64,000 nt of DNA from an uncultured Sphingobium sp. (GCA_964512265.1 CAZEHR010000014.1:23765-87764); one strand, 5' to 3'; counted from the stretch's first letter, positions 1-9,181 are shown. Numbers and translations: made by a program. Notes: generated from the letters alone by a model not told the origin.

Positions 1-169
1 GTCCGCGCGCGATCGTGTGACCGTTGACCATCACCTGGCTGGGGTCATCCTGCGTGCAATCGAGCGGTATCATCGCGCCACGGCTCATGGAGAGGATTTC
101 GCGCACCGGCAAACGCGTCGAGCCCAGCACGATTGAAAGCTCCACCTCGACATCGTTGAACGCGGACAT
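1..169 (-). CDS. fliN: Flagellar motor switch protein FliN/FliM C-terminal (SpoA) domain, truncated by the window edge
   Basis: Manual translation MSAFNDVEVELSIVLGSTRLPVREILSMSRGAMIPLDCTQDDPSQVMVNGHTIARG matches the SpoA/FliN pattern; AGGAGG SD upstream; not in the ORF track. Confidence 0.75.
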   Translation of the reverse strand, partial: MSAFNDVEVELSIVLGSTRLPVREILSMSRGAMIPLDCTQDDPSQVMVNGHTIARG

Positions 170-195
170 GCGGCGATCCCTCCTGTGTTCATGAT

Positions 196-240
196 AGGAA
201 AAAACTGCCGCGCTCCGGACGCTGCCAGGAAATTTTTGCC
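196..240. promoter_or_regulatory. Pair of 14-bp direct repeats (AGGAAAnnnYTGCC) in the divergent fliN/flgC spacer; possible FlbD (ftr-like) sites
   Basis: AGGAAAAAACTGCC at 196-209 and AGGAAATTTTTGCC at 227-240, 31 bp apart. Confidence 0.35.
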
Positions 241-266
241 TATTATGGGCGAAGGAGGGCCGGCTT

Positions 267-674
267 ATGGATCTCGAAACGTCTGTTCAGGTGTCTGCGA
301 GCGGCCTGAGGGCGCAATCGCTGCGCATGCGGGTGATCGCGGAAAATCTCGCCAATGCGGATTCGGTGGCGAGCAGCCCTGGCGGCCAACCCTATCGCCG
401 CCGTATCCCCACCTTCCGTGCGGAAATGGACAAGGCGAGCGGCGCGCGTGAGGTGTCCGTCACCGCCATCAAGGGCGATGCCCGGGCTTTCCCGCGCGTC
501 TATCAGCCCGGCAACCCTGCGGCGGACGCCAAGGGCTATGTGCTGATGCCCAACGTAAACGCGCTCACCGAGGCCGCAGACATGAAGGCGGCGCAGCGCG
601 GCTATGAGGCGAACCTCAATGCCATAGAGGCCGCGCGCACGCTGACGATGCGCACGATCGACCTGCTGAAATAG
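267..674 (+). CDS. flgC: Flagellar basal-body rod protein FlgC
   Basis: SASGLRAQSLRMRVIAENLANADS and YQPGNPAADAKGYVLMPNVN motifs. Confidence 0.95.
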   Translation: MDLETSVQVSASGLRAQSLRMRVIAENLANADSVASSPGGQPYRRRIPTFRAEMDKASGAREVSVTAIKGDARAFPRVYQPGNPAADAKGYVLMPNVNALTEAADMKAAQRGYEANLNAIEAARTLTMRTIDLLK

Positions 675-677
675 GGG

Positions 678-1016
678 GTGGCGATGGTGAACTCGATTGG
701 AACCCTGGACGCGCTTTCCGCCTATGGCCGCGCGCGCGGTGTGGTGGAGGGAGTCAGTGGCAAAGGCGCTCCAGCGCCGATCAGCGACACCCCGGGCTGG
801 TCAGGCTTCGGGGATCTGGTTGCGAATGCCGTGGGTCAGGTCGGGGATTCGCTGGGCAAGGCGGAAAGCGCCAGCATGCGTCAGGTTGCGGGCAGGGGCG
901 ACCTGATCGACGTCGCCACCGCCATCGGCGCCGCCGAAACTGCGCTCGACACCATGGTCGCGGTCCGCGATCGCGTGGTAAATGCCTATAACGAAATCAT
1001 GCGCCTCCAAATCTAG
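678..1016 (+). CDS. fliE: Flagellar hook-basal body protein FliE
   Basis: C-terminal AETALDTMVAVRDRVVNAYNEIMRLQI; follows flgC. Confidence 0.9.
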   Translation: MAMVNSIGTLDALSAYGRARGVVEGVSGKGAPAPISDTPGWSGFGDLVANAVGQVGDSLGKAESASMRQVAGRGDLIDVATAIGAAETALDTMVAVRDRVVNAYNEIMRLQI

Positions 1017-1020
1017 CGCT

Positions 1021-1284
1021 ATGGACCCCGCCGACATACTCGCGCTCGCTCGCGCCGCGCTGCTGCTGCTGCTCACCATAGCGGGGCCGATGCTGGTCGC
1101 CTCGCTCGTCATCGGCGTATTGATCGGGCTGGTGCAGGCGCTCACCCAGATTCAGGAAATGACGCTCACCTTCGTGCCCAAGCTGATCGGCCTCGGCGTG
1201 GTGCTGTTGCTCAGCCTGCCGATGATCGGTGCTGCGCTCTCGGCCTTCATGGCGGAGCTGTCAGCGCGTATTATTGGACCTTGA
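1021..1284 (+). CDS. fliQ: Flagellar export protein FliQ
   Basis: QALTQIQEMTLTFVPKL motif; ATG at 1021. Confidence 0.95.
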   Translation: MDPADILALARAALLLLLTIAGPMLVASLVIGVLIGLVQALTQIQEMTLTFVPKLIGLGVVLLLSLPMIGAALSAFMAELSARIIGP

Positions 1285-1288
1285 GCGC

Positions 1289-2074
1289 GTGGACGCGCTC
1301 AGCCAACTGGCGCCCGATCTGCCGCGCATCCTCACCCTGCACGCGCTGATCTTCGCTCGCGTGGGGGCGATGATGATGATGCTCCCCGGCTTTTCCGACG
1401 ATGCGGTGCCGGGGCGGATTCGCCTGCTGGTGGCGCTCGCCCTGGCTGCGGGGATGCAAGGTCTGCTTGCTGCGCATATGGGCGCTGCGACCGGGGTGGC
1501 GCTCGCGGGCAATGCCGCGCTGGCGCATCTGCTGCTGGTTGAGTTGCTTACCGGGCTGATGCTGGGCGGCATCGTGCGGTTGATGTTCCTCGCCGTCACG
1601 ATTGCGGGCGCGATCATCAGCCTTCAGGTCGGCCTGACGACCGGGCTGGTGCAGGATCCCTCAGCTGGGGGGCAGGTGCCACAGCTGGCCCGCTTCATCA
1701 GCATCGCCGCGCTGCTCCTTTGCATGAGCCTCAGCGTGCATCATCTGTGGATCGGCGCGCTGGTGCAGAGCTATGGCGTGTTCCCGCCCGGAGCGATGCC
1801 GCCCGCCGCAGACTTTGCGCAACTCGCGCTGAAGGCCGCGAGCGGCGCAATGGGGCTGGGGCTGGGTCTCGCCGCACCACTGGTGATCTATGGCATCGTG
1901 TTCAACGCTGCGCTGGGCCTCGCCGCCCGCATCGCTCCGCAACTGCAGCTCTTCTTCATCGCGCAACCGCTGGCGATCGCGCTGGGCCTTGCGCTGTTGG
2001 CGGTGACGCTCGGCGCTGCGCTCTCGGGCTTTGCGCAGGCGATGGCGCAATGGGCACAGGCACTGGCGAGCTGA
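1289..2074 (+). CDS. fliR: Flagellar export protein FliR
   Basis: FARVGAMMMMLPGF and RIAPQLQLFFIAQPL motifs; highly hydrophobic; GTG start inferred. Confidence 0.9.
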   Translation: MDALSQLAPDLPRILTLHALIFARVGAMMMMLPGFSDDAVPGRIRLLVALALAAGMQGLLAAHMGAATGVALAGNAALAHLLLVELLTGLMLGGIVRLMFLAVTIAGAIISLQVGLTTGLVQDPSAGGQVPQLARFISIAALLLCMSLSVHHLWIGALVQSYGVFPPGAMPPAADFAQLALKAASGAMGLGLGLAAPLVIYGIVFNAALGLAARIAPQLQLFFIAQPLAIALGLALLAVTLGAALSGFAQAMAQWAQALAS

Positions 2075-2077
2075 ACC

Positions 2078-3145
2078 ATGGCCGAGGAAGAGCAGAAAAC
2101 CCTAGACCCTACGCCCAAGAAGCTGGAGGACGCGCGCAAACGCGGCGATGTGCCCAGCGCGCCGGAGATGCGCCATGCGGCGATGTTTGCCGCGATGCTG
2201 CTGATCTTCGGCGCGCTCGGTGCCTCGGCGATCATGCGCATGGCGGCGCAGGCGAAGGCCCTGTGGGGGCAGGCGGGTGACATGGCGCTAACCGGCGGCA
2301 GCGCCCAACGCCTCGCTGCCGCCTTGTTGGGTGGGACTTTGATCGCGGTCGGCCCGCTGCTGGCTGTGACGCTGGGGGCCGCTCTGCTGGGGGCGCTGTT
2401 GCAAGGGCGCGGCCTCTTCGTTGCGGGCCAGCTCAAGCTCAAATGGGATCGGTTGTCTCCCATGGCCGGGGCAAAGCGCTTGTTCGGCAAACAGGCATGG
2501 GTCGAGTTCGGCAAGACGCTGGCGAAATTCGCCTTCGTGGCGATTGTGGCGAGCGCGATCATATGGCCCGCGCTCAAAGGTCTGGACAGATTGGCCGGCG
2601 CGGACGCAAGCACCCTCGGCCGCTATGCGGCAGGCGTGACCTGCGACATGTTGCGCGCGGTGGCGCTGCTGGTGGCGGTGCTCGCGGCGGGAGATTTCCT
2701 CTATCAGCGCCGCGCGTGGCTGACGCGGATGCGCATGAGTCATCAGGAAGTGCGCGATGAGCACAAGCAGAACGAGGGCGATCCGCAGATCAAGGCGCGC
2801 ATCCGAGCCATCGGCCTGGCGCGCTCCCGCAGACGCATGATGTCGGCCGTACCCAGCGCCAGCGTCGTCATCACCAACCCCACGCACTATGCCGTTGCGT
2901 TGCGCTATGATCATGGCGCGATGCAGGCGCCGGTGGTTGTGGCGAAGGGGCGCGACAGGATCGCGCTGCGCATCCGCGAGCTGGCTGGCGAGCACAAGGT
3001 GCCGGTGGTGGAAAGCCCGCCGCTCGCCCGCGCGCTCTATGCCAGCGTTGAGATCGATCAGCCGATTAAGCTGGAACACTACGCCGCCGTCGCTGAGATC
3101 ATCAGCTATGTGCTGCGGCTGACGCGGGAGAAGAAATCCGGCTAA
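2078..3145 (+). CDS. flhB: Flagellar export switch protein FlhB
   Basis: [28 protein letters not shown] and the NPTH autocleavage motif. Confidence 0.95.
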   Translation: MAEEEQKTLDPTPKKLEDARKRGDVPSAPEMRHAAMFAAMLLIFGALGASAIMRMAAQAKALWGQAGDMALTGGSAQRLAAALLGGTLIAVGPLLAVTLGAALLGALLQGRGLFVAGQLKLKWDRLSPMAGAKRLFGKQAWVEFGKTLAKFAFVAIVASAIIWPALKGLDRLAGADASTLGRYAAGVTCDMLRAVALLVAVLAAGDFLYQRRAWLTRMRMSHQEVRDEHKQNEGDPQIKARIRAIGLARSRRRMMSAVPSASVVITNPTHYAVALRYDHGAMQAPVVVAKGRDRIALRIRELAGEHKVPVVESPPLARALYASVEIDQPIKLEHYAAVAEIISYVLRLTREKKSG

Positions 3146-3612
3146 ACCTCGATATTGAACTTGGCCAGCTCAACCCGGACCCGTAGCTCGATGTCGTCTA
3201 TCAGGCCCGCGAAGCGCGGGTCATCGGGCAGTTGGTCATCGCTATCCCCGACCCTGCCCCCGCACAACCAATCTCTCAGTGCCTCCAGCGTCTGCCACCC
3301 GGCGTTACCGTCCAGCAATTCCCGGTGCAGTCGCTCCAGCCCGTCCAGCCCGCGCCGGGCATGGGCGATCTGCTCCCGCCGTCGCACCTCCTGCGGGTTA
3401 AGCGCCGAAAGCGCCACCAGCATCTGCACGGAACCAAACATCTGCGGCTTAAGATGAACGGATGCCGGAACGACTCCATCCGCCACCCCGCCTTGCGCAG
3501 ACGCCCCCTGTCCTTCGCCCAGCAGCTTCTGCGCCGCCTGCGCGATCGGCATCGCCTCGCGCATCAGCGCCAGCGCCTGCTGAGTCGCGGTCATGATGGG
3601 ATTGATGGCCAT
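3142..3612 (-). CDS. fliX: FliX-like class II flagellar assembly regulator
   Basis: C-terminal [12 protein letters not shown]...[15 protein letters not shown] resembles FliX; divergent from flgI as in Caulobacter; start MAINP inferred. Confidence 0.7.
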   Translation of the reverse strand: MAINPIMTATQQALALMREAMPIAQAAQKLLGEGQGASAQGGVADGVVPASVHLKPQMFGSVQMLVALSALNPQEVRRREQIAHARRGLDGLERLHRELLDGNAGWQTLEALRDWLCGGRVGDSDDQLPDDPRFAGLIDDIELRVRVELAKFNIEV

Positions 3613-3652
3613 GGCCGCCGTTCCGGCCCTCCTCCCTTCTATAATAGGAGGG

Positions 3653-4765
3653 ATGACACTGGCCCGGAATTTCCGCTGCGTAGCCTTCGTGCTGCTGTGG
3701 GTCGGTGCGGCGGCGGCAAACCCACACGCTGTCGCCGCACCGCGCATCAAGGATATCGTCAACGTTGAGAATGTCCGCCCCAACCAGCTCATCGGCTATG
3801 GCTTGGTAGTAGGGCTTGCGGGCACCGGTGACAAAACGCGCAACACGCCCTTCACCGAGGAATCGATGCAGGCGATGCTCGAGCGCATGGGCGTCAACGT
3901 CCGCTCCACCCAGATGAAGACGCAGAATGTCGCCGCCGTTTCGGTCACCGCCGCGATGCCACCGTTCGCGCGGGCAGGCAGCCAGATCGACGTGACGGTG
4001 AGCGCACTGGGAGATGCCACCAGCCTGCAGGGCGGCACGCTGCTGGTCACGGCACTAAAGGGAATGGACGGGCAAATCTATGCCGTGGCGCAGGGGCCGG
4101 TCGCGGTGTCGGGGTTCAAGGCGCAGGGCGCGGGTGCGAACATCAGCCGTGGCGTTTCAACCTCGGCTCGCATCGCCTCGGGCGCCATCATCGAGCGCGA
4201 GGTGCCTTATGCGCTCAAATCGGCTACCGCGCTAAAGCTCGCGCTGCGCAACCCCGATTTTACCACGGCACAGCGTATCGCCAAGGCGATCAACGCCGCT
4301 TTTCCGGGCGCGGCGGAGATGCTGGACCCCGCAACTGTGCGCCTTTCCGCCGTCGACGGCGCTGCGCTGATCGAGCGCATTGCCCAAGTCGAAAATCTGG
4401 GCGTGGAGGTAGACAGTCCGGCCCGTGTCATCGTCAACGAGGCGGCGGGCACGGTCGTTATGACCGCCGACGTGCGCGTCTCCCCCGTCGCCATCGCACA
4501 GGGCGGCTTGACCATTTCGGTGGCGGAAAATCCGGTAGCGTCACAACCCGGTCCCCTGTCTGGTGGGCAGACGCAGGTTCTGCCGCGCACGCAGGTTTCG
4601 GTTGATGACGGCGGCGGCGCGTCGCTGGCGATGGTCGAGGGCGAGAGCCTCAAGACTTTGGTTGGCGGGCTGAACCGCCTCGGCGTCTCCCCGCGCGATC
4701 TCATCACAATCCTGCAGGCGCTGCGCAGCGCAGGCGCACTTCAGGCAGAGATAGAGGTGCAGTGA
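3653..4765 (+). CDS. flgI: Flagellar P-ring protein FlgI
   Basis: RIKDI...[41 protein letters not shown]; signal peptide. Confidence 0.97.
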   Translation: MTLARNFRCVAFVLLWVGAAAANPHAVAAPRIKDIVNVENVRPNQLIGYGLVVGLAGTGDKTRNTPFTEESMQAMLERMGVNVRSTQMKTQNVAAVSVTAAMPPFARAGSQIDVTVSALGDATSLQGGTLLVTALKGMDGQIYAVAQGPVAVSGFKAQGAGANISRGVSTSARIASGAIIEREVPYALKSATALKLALRNPDFTTAQRIAKAINAAFPGAAEMLDPATVRLSAVDGAALIERIAQVENLGVEVDSPARVIVNEAAGTVVMTADVRVSPVAIAQGGLTISVAENPVASQPGPLSGGQTQVLPRTQVSVDDGGGASLAMVEGESLKTLVGGLNRLGVSPRDLITILQALRSAGALQAEIEVQ

Positions 4766-5058
4766 TGACCGATCCCGTTCGATCAGTTTCGCTTCCTCAC
4801 CCTGCGACCCCGGACCAGAACGCACGCGCGGCGGCGCGAGACTTCGAAGCCGTATTCATCGGTCAGATGACCAAGCTGATAATGGAAAGCGCCGAGCTTG
4901 AAGGAGACTTCTCCGGCGGGCATGGCGAGGCGCTGTTCCGTGGGGTGCTCGCCGAACAGCTCGGCAGAGCGATCGCGCGCGGGGGCGGCATCGGCATGGC
5001 CGACAGCGTCCTGGCCGAGATCGTGAAGCTGCAACAGGCGGGAGGAGGTGCGCCATGA
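4765..5058 (+). CDS. flgJ: Short FlgJ (rod-binding domain only, no muramidase domain)
   Basis: AARDFEAVFIGQM...GGIGMADSV rod-binding motif directly after flgI. Confidence 0.85.
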   Translation: MTDPVRSVSLPHPATPDQNARAAARDFEAVFIGQMTKLIMESAELEGDFSGGHGEALFRGVLAEQLGRAIARGGGIGMADSVLAEIVKLQQAGGGAP

Positions 5059-5492
5059 GCACGAGTGATGCCCTCGCCGCCCTGCTCGATACGATGATCG
5101 ACCTCATCCGCCTGATGGAGGAGGAGAGCGAGCTGCTCGCCCTCTCAGGGCCGCGCGGCAATATCGAGGCGATAGCGCAGGCGAAGATCCGCCTCGCCAA
5201 CAGGATGGAGGCGCAATCCGCTGCGCTGAGCCGGGTCGATGCGCGCTGGATCGAGGGTCTGCAGGGCGACGACCGCCGCGCCTTCGCGGAGACAAGCGAA
5301 GACCTGCACCGCGCTGCCGCTGTCAACAGCGCGGTGCTGGAGCGGCAACTGGAGCTATCGGCCGAAATGCTGAGCGCGGTCGGCAAGGAGCTGGAGCGCG
5401 TGACCGGTCGCGGCGGCGCAACCTATTCGCGCCGGGGCGATGTCCGCCGCCGCCGGTCCAGCCCGCCGCTGTCTGTCAACGGGAAGTTTTAG
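5055..5492 (+). CDS. FlgN/FlbY-like flagellar chaperone
   Basis: Helical 145 aa protein after flgI-flgJ; N..VL and C-terminal TYSRRG resemble FlgN-family ends. Confidence 0.55.
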   Translation: MSTSDALAALLDTMIDLIRLMEEESELLALSGPRGNIEAIAQAKIRLANRMEAQSAALSRVDARWIEGLQGDDRRAFAETSEDLHRAAAVNSAVLERQLELSAEMLSAVGKELERVTGRGGATYSRRGDVRRRRSSPPLSVNGKF

Positions 5493-6364
5493 AGAACCAG
5501 CTTCCGCGCGAAATCGCGGATATGATCGCCGATCTCCGGGCTTTCGAGCGCCAACGAAAGGTTGGCCTCAATATAGCCCGCCTTCGACCCGCAGTCGAAC
5601 CGCTGGCCATCGAAGGTAACGCCATGGAAAGGCTGGTTGCCGATCATCGCGGCCATTGCGTCCGTCAGCTGGATCTCGCCGCCCGCGCCTTTTTCGTGCC
5701 GCGCGAGGTGTGCCATCACTTCGGGTTGCAGGATATAGCGCCCGGCGATGATGAGGTTGGAGGGCGCGGTGCCGGTGGCTGGTTTTTCGACCAGCCCCTT
5801 CACCTCCGTCAGCGCGCCGTTCCGTGAGCCGGGGTCGAGCACGCCATAGCTCGACGTCTGCTCCATCGGCACTTCCAGCGCGCAGATGAGGTTGCCGCCA
5901 GTCTGTTCATAGGCGTCGACCATCTGGCGGAGGCAGCCCTTGCCCGGCTTGCCGTGCATGAACTCATCGGGCAGCAGGATCGCGAACGGCTCGTCGCCCA
6001 CAATGTCGCGCGCGCACCAGATCGCATGGCCCAGGCCCAGCGGCTCCTGTTGCCGCACAAAAATGGCGTTGCCGGGCGTCAGGCGGGTGCCCTTGAGGGC
6101 CTCTACGCTCTTGCCCCGCGCCGCCTGCGTCGTCTCCAGCTCGAACGCCATATCGAAATGATCCTCGATCGCGCCCTTGCCGCGCCCGTTGACGAAGATC
6201 ATTGTCTCGATCCCCGCCTCGATAGCCTCGTCGACCGCATACTGGATCAGCGGGCGGTCCACCACGGGCAGCAATTCCTTCGGCACCGCCTTGGTCGCGG
6301 GCAGGAAGCGGGTGCCCATGCCCGCCACGGGGAATACGGCCTTGCGGATTTTCTTCGCGCTCAT
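5489..6364 (-). CDS. galU: UTP-glucose-1-phosphate uridylyltransferase
   Basis: KAVFPVAGMGTRFLPATKAVPKELLPVVDRP, QEPLGLGHA, GEIQLTDA. Confidence 0.97.
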   Translation of the reverse strand: MSAKKIRKAVFPVAGMGTRFLPATKAVPKELLPVVDRPLIQYAVDEAIEAGIETMIFVNGRGKGAIEDHFDMAFELETTQAARGKSVEALKGTRLTPGNAIFVRQQEPLGLGHAIWCARDIVGDEPFAILLPDEFMHGKPGKGCLRQMVDAYEQTGGNLICALEVPMEQTSSYGVLDPGSRNGALTEVKGLVEKPATGTAPSNLIIAGRYILQPEVMAHLARHEKGAGGEIQLTDAMAAMIGNQPFHGVTFDGQRFDCGSKAGYIEANLSLALESPEIGDHIRDFARKLVL

Positions 6365-6445
6365 GAGTGCCTTTCGCTGCGAATGTGATTCGTTTTCTGC
6401 GCCGTTCATAGGTGTAAAAGGTTGAGAGTTTTTTGCCGCCTAGCC

Positions 6446-6607
6446 TCAGAAATCGATGGCGATGCCCTTTTTTTCCCAGTCGCCATAGCGGGTTGGGCTA
6501 AGCTCCTCGGTCACTTCGGGTTTGGCATCCAGCGGATCCGGCTTGGGCACCGGGGGATTTTTGGAGAGATAGGCGGGGGGCCGCACATGGTCGGGGCGCT
6601 TGCCCAT
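6446..6607 (-). CDS. DUF1674 family small protein (SDHAF4-like)
   Basis: C-terminal PTRYGDWEKKGIAIDF signature. Confidence 0.85.
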   Translation of the reverse strand: MGKRPDHVRPPAYLSKNPPVPKPDPLDAKPEVTEELSPTRYGDWEKKGIAIDF

Positions 6608-6715
6608 GGCTTCGCGTACTCCATCGAAGGTTGCTGCGTTGCGACATATGCGCTTGCCGGGCAAGAGACAAGGTTTGGAGGGTTTACCGCAGGCTGAAAG
6701 ACGCTAAGGCGGGCC

Positions 6716-8035
6716 ATGGCCAAGCCCACTTCCCCGCATAAGCGCCGTCGCCCGTCCAAGGAAGCCGAAGTCCCCGGCCTCGGCGCGCGTAGGGCGGCGC
6801 TGCGTCTGCTTGATGCGGTGCTGCGCCGGGGCGAGGCGCTGGAGACGGCGCTGCACGCCGCGACGCAGGGGCTGAACCGAGGCTCTGACAAAGGGCTGGC
6901 GCATGCCATTGCGGCAGATGTGCTGCGCTGGCTGCCCGATCTCGACGCGCTGATCGACAGTGTAACCGAGCAGCCGATCCCGCCCGACGTCAAATCGCGT
7001 ATGGTGCTGCGCATGGCGCTGGTGCAAATCTTGCTGCTCGAGACCCCGCCGCATGCCGTCATTTCCACCGCACTGCCTTTGACCGAGGGCGGGCCACGCC
7101 GGCTGGTGCATGGCGTGCTTGGAAGCTTGATCCGTAGCGAGGCGAAATTGCCTGAGGTGCCGACCTTGCCCGCGGATGTTGCGGAGCGCTGGGAGGCGCA
7201 ATGGGGCGGAGACATGGTAGGCGCCGCCGCCCGCGCTCTGGCGCACCGCGCGCCGATAGACCTGAGCTTTGCCGATCCCGCAGAGGCGGAGCGCATTGCT
7301 GATATGATGGGCGGCACCTCGCTGATGCCCGGGCACGTCAGGCTCGATCATGATGTCTCGGTGCCCGAGCTACCCGGCTATGTGGAAGGGCACTGGTGGG
7401 TGCAGGACATCGCGGCGAGCATCCCCGCCCGGCTTGCGGGGCCGGGAGACGGGCGCACGGCGCTCGATCTTTGCGCCGCGCCCGGCGGCAAGACGATGCA
7501 GCTTAGCGCTGCTGGCTGGCGCGTCACCGCTCTGGACAAGAGCGCAAAAAGGCTGGAGCGGCTGTCCGCAAACCTCGCGCGCAGCGGCCTTGGCGAGCGC
7601 GTGGACGTGGCGCAGGGGGACGCCTTGGCCTGGGAGCCGTCGGCGCCCGCAGATCTGATCTTGCTCGATGCGCCATGCTCGGCCACCGGCATCTTCCGCC
7701 GTCATCCGGATGTGCTCTATCGCGCTGGCCCGCGCCAGATCGCGGAAATGGCTGAACTTCAGGCTGCGCTTCTCGATCGCGCTTCACACTGGCTCAAACC
7801 CGGCGGCACGCTGATCTACGCCACCTGCTCGTTGGAGCGCGCCGAGGGCGAGGATCAAATCGCTGCGTTTCTGGCGCGCCACCCCGGATTTGCGATCCTG
7901 CCGGCATCGGCAGACGAACTACCCGCCCGAATAGGGTCTACTTTCGAGGGTTTTATCCGCACCCTGCCGGGCGTGCTGGAGGAGGAAGGCGGCGCAGACG
8001 GATTTTTTGTCGCGCGACTCGTTCTCAGTGCTTGA
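6716..8035 (+). CDS. rsmB: RsmB/NOP family RNA m5C methyltransferase with NusB-like N-terminal domain
   Basis: LDLCAAPGGKT, LLDAPCSATG, YATCSL motifs. Confidence 0.9.
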   Translation: MAKPTSPHKRRRPSKEAEVPGLGARRAALRLLDAVLRRGEALETALHAATQGLNRGSDKGLAHAIAADVLRWLPDLDALIDSVTEQPIPPDVKSRMVLRMALVQILLLETPPHAVISTALPLTEGGPRRLVHGVLGSLIRSEAKLPEVPTLPADVAERWEAQWGGDMVGAAARALAHRAPIDLSFADPAEAERIADMMGGTSLMPGHVRLDHDVSVPELPGYVEGHWWVQDIAASIPARLAGPGDGRTALDLCAAPGGKTMQLSAAGWRVTALDKSAKRLERLSANLARSGLGERVDVAQGDALAWEPSAPADLILLDAPCSATGIFRRHPDVLYRAGPRQIAEMAELQAALLDRASHWLKPGGTLIYATCSLERAEGEDQIAAFLARHPGFAILPASADELPARIGSTFEGFIRTLPGVLEEEGGADGFFVARLVLSA

Positions 8036-9080
8036 CCTGAAAGCCGCCGTCCGTGCTGGCGCCGCTCCCTAGCTTGCTCTCGATGCAGCCATACCAGCCT
8101 AGTCCCTTATAGGTCTCATAGCCGGGGGTGAGCGCATAGCAGATCATGCGCTGCCCTTCCTGGTAAAAGCCTTGCTTGGCGTCTGACTTGATTGGGTAAA
8201 CCTCGCTCAGCGAGCAGGATTTGTCCGATGCCGCGATCACCTGATGCTTGGAATTGAGCAGCATCACCCGCGTCTCCGCCCGCTCCGCCTCGGTCAGGGC
8301 TACGCCCTGCACGATGTCGCGCGCTTGCGGTTCCCAGTCGAAGAAGATGCCGAGGACGCCCAGCACCTCGCCATCCGTCGCGCCGCCCTTGCGGATCGCG
8401 GTGGAATAGGTTGCGACCTGGGCATTGCCGAGCACGCCGTTGCGCGTGATGTCGCACACGGCGAAGTCATCGCCGCTGCGGGTGGCAAGGCCGCTTTTAA
8501 ACCACTCGGCTTCGGAGACATTCTGGTTGATTGCGTTGGGAAAGCGCTCGCCGCGCCCGGTCGCCACCACGCGGCCAGATCGATCAGCCACCCAGAGGTC
8601 GAGATAGACGGTATAGGAGCGCAGGATCGTTGCCAGCCGCTCGCAGGCATAGGCGCGGGCTTCTTCTGTGCCCTGTTGCAGCACGCCGACGACCGCGCTG
8701 TCCGTTGCCCACCAGCGCACGTCGCATGAGCGCTCGTAAAGATTGCGGTCGATGATCTCCACAACGTTGCGGGCGAGATCGGCGAACCGCTGGCCCTTGA
8801 ATTCCTGCATCATGTGGCGCCCGGCGCTCTCTATCCGCGCGGTGTTGGCCGCAATCTCGCTCTGCAGCTGGGCGGAAAGCGCGTTCACCTCTTCCGCCAC
8901 CACGCCCATCTCGCGCGCGACGACGCCAAAGCCCAGCCCGGCGTCGCCCGCGCGGGTCGATTCCAGCCGTGCATTCATGGAGAGCATCCGGGTCCGCATC
9001 ATGATGCGGTCGATCACCGCGATCTTCTCGCCGGTGATGCGGGAGACCTCGAATGCCAGTTTCAAAATGTCGTCTTGCAT
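8025..9080 (-). CDS. Soluble chemotaxis-related protein: N-terminal MCP signalling-tip fragment plus C-terminal Cache-like domain
   Basis: TRMLSMNARLESTRAGDAGLGFGVVAREM is a variant of the MCP hairpin tip; IDRNLYERSCDVRWWATD segment; no transmembrane stretch. Confidence 0.7.
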   Translation of the reverse strand: MQDDILKLAFEVSRITGEKIAVIDRIMMRTRMLSMNARLESTRAGDAGLGFGVVAREMGVVAEEVNALSAQLQSEIAANTARIESAGRHMMQEFKGQRFADLARNVVEIIDRNLYERSCDVRWWATDSAVVGVLQQGTEEARAYACERLATILRSYTVYLDLWVADRSGRVVATGRGERFPNAINQNVSEAEWFKSGLATRSGDDFAVCDITRNGVLGNAQVATYSTAIRKGGATDGEVLGVLGIFFDWEPQARDIVQGVALTEAERAETRVMLLNSKHQVIAASDKSCSLSEVYPIKSDAKQGFYQEGQRMICYALTPGYETYKGLGWYGCIESKLGSGASTDGGFQVKH

Positions 9081-9165
9081 GATCAGATTCACCTCGGCAC
9101 GCGTGAATCCTCTCCCCACTTTTAGGATGATTTATGCTCTGGCGGCGATTTTTTACAAGTCTGTC

Positions 9166-9181
9166 CTAATTAACGGTTAAC
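9166..9181. promoter_or_regulatory. CtrA-like box (CTAA-N7-TTAAC) upstream of the MCP-like gene
   Basis: CTAATTAACGGTTAAC, one mismatch to TTAA-N7-TTAAC, in an AT-rich spacer. Confidence 0.55.
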
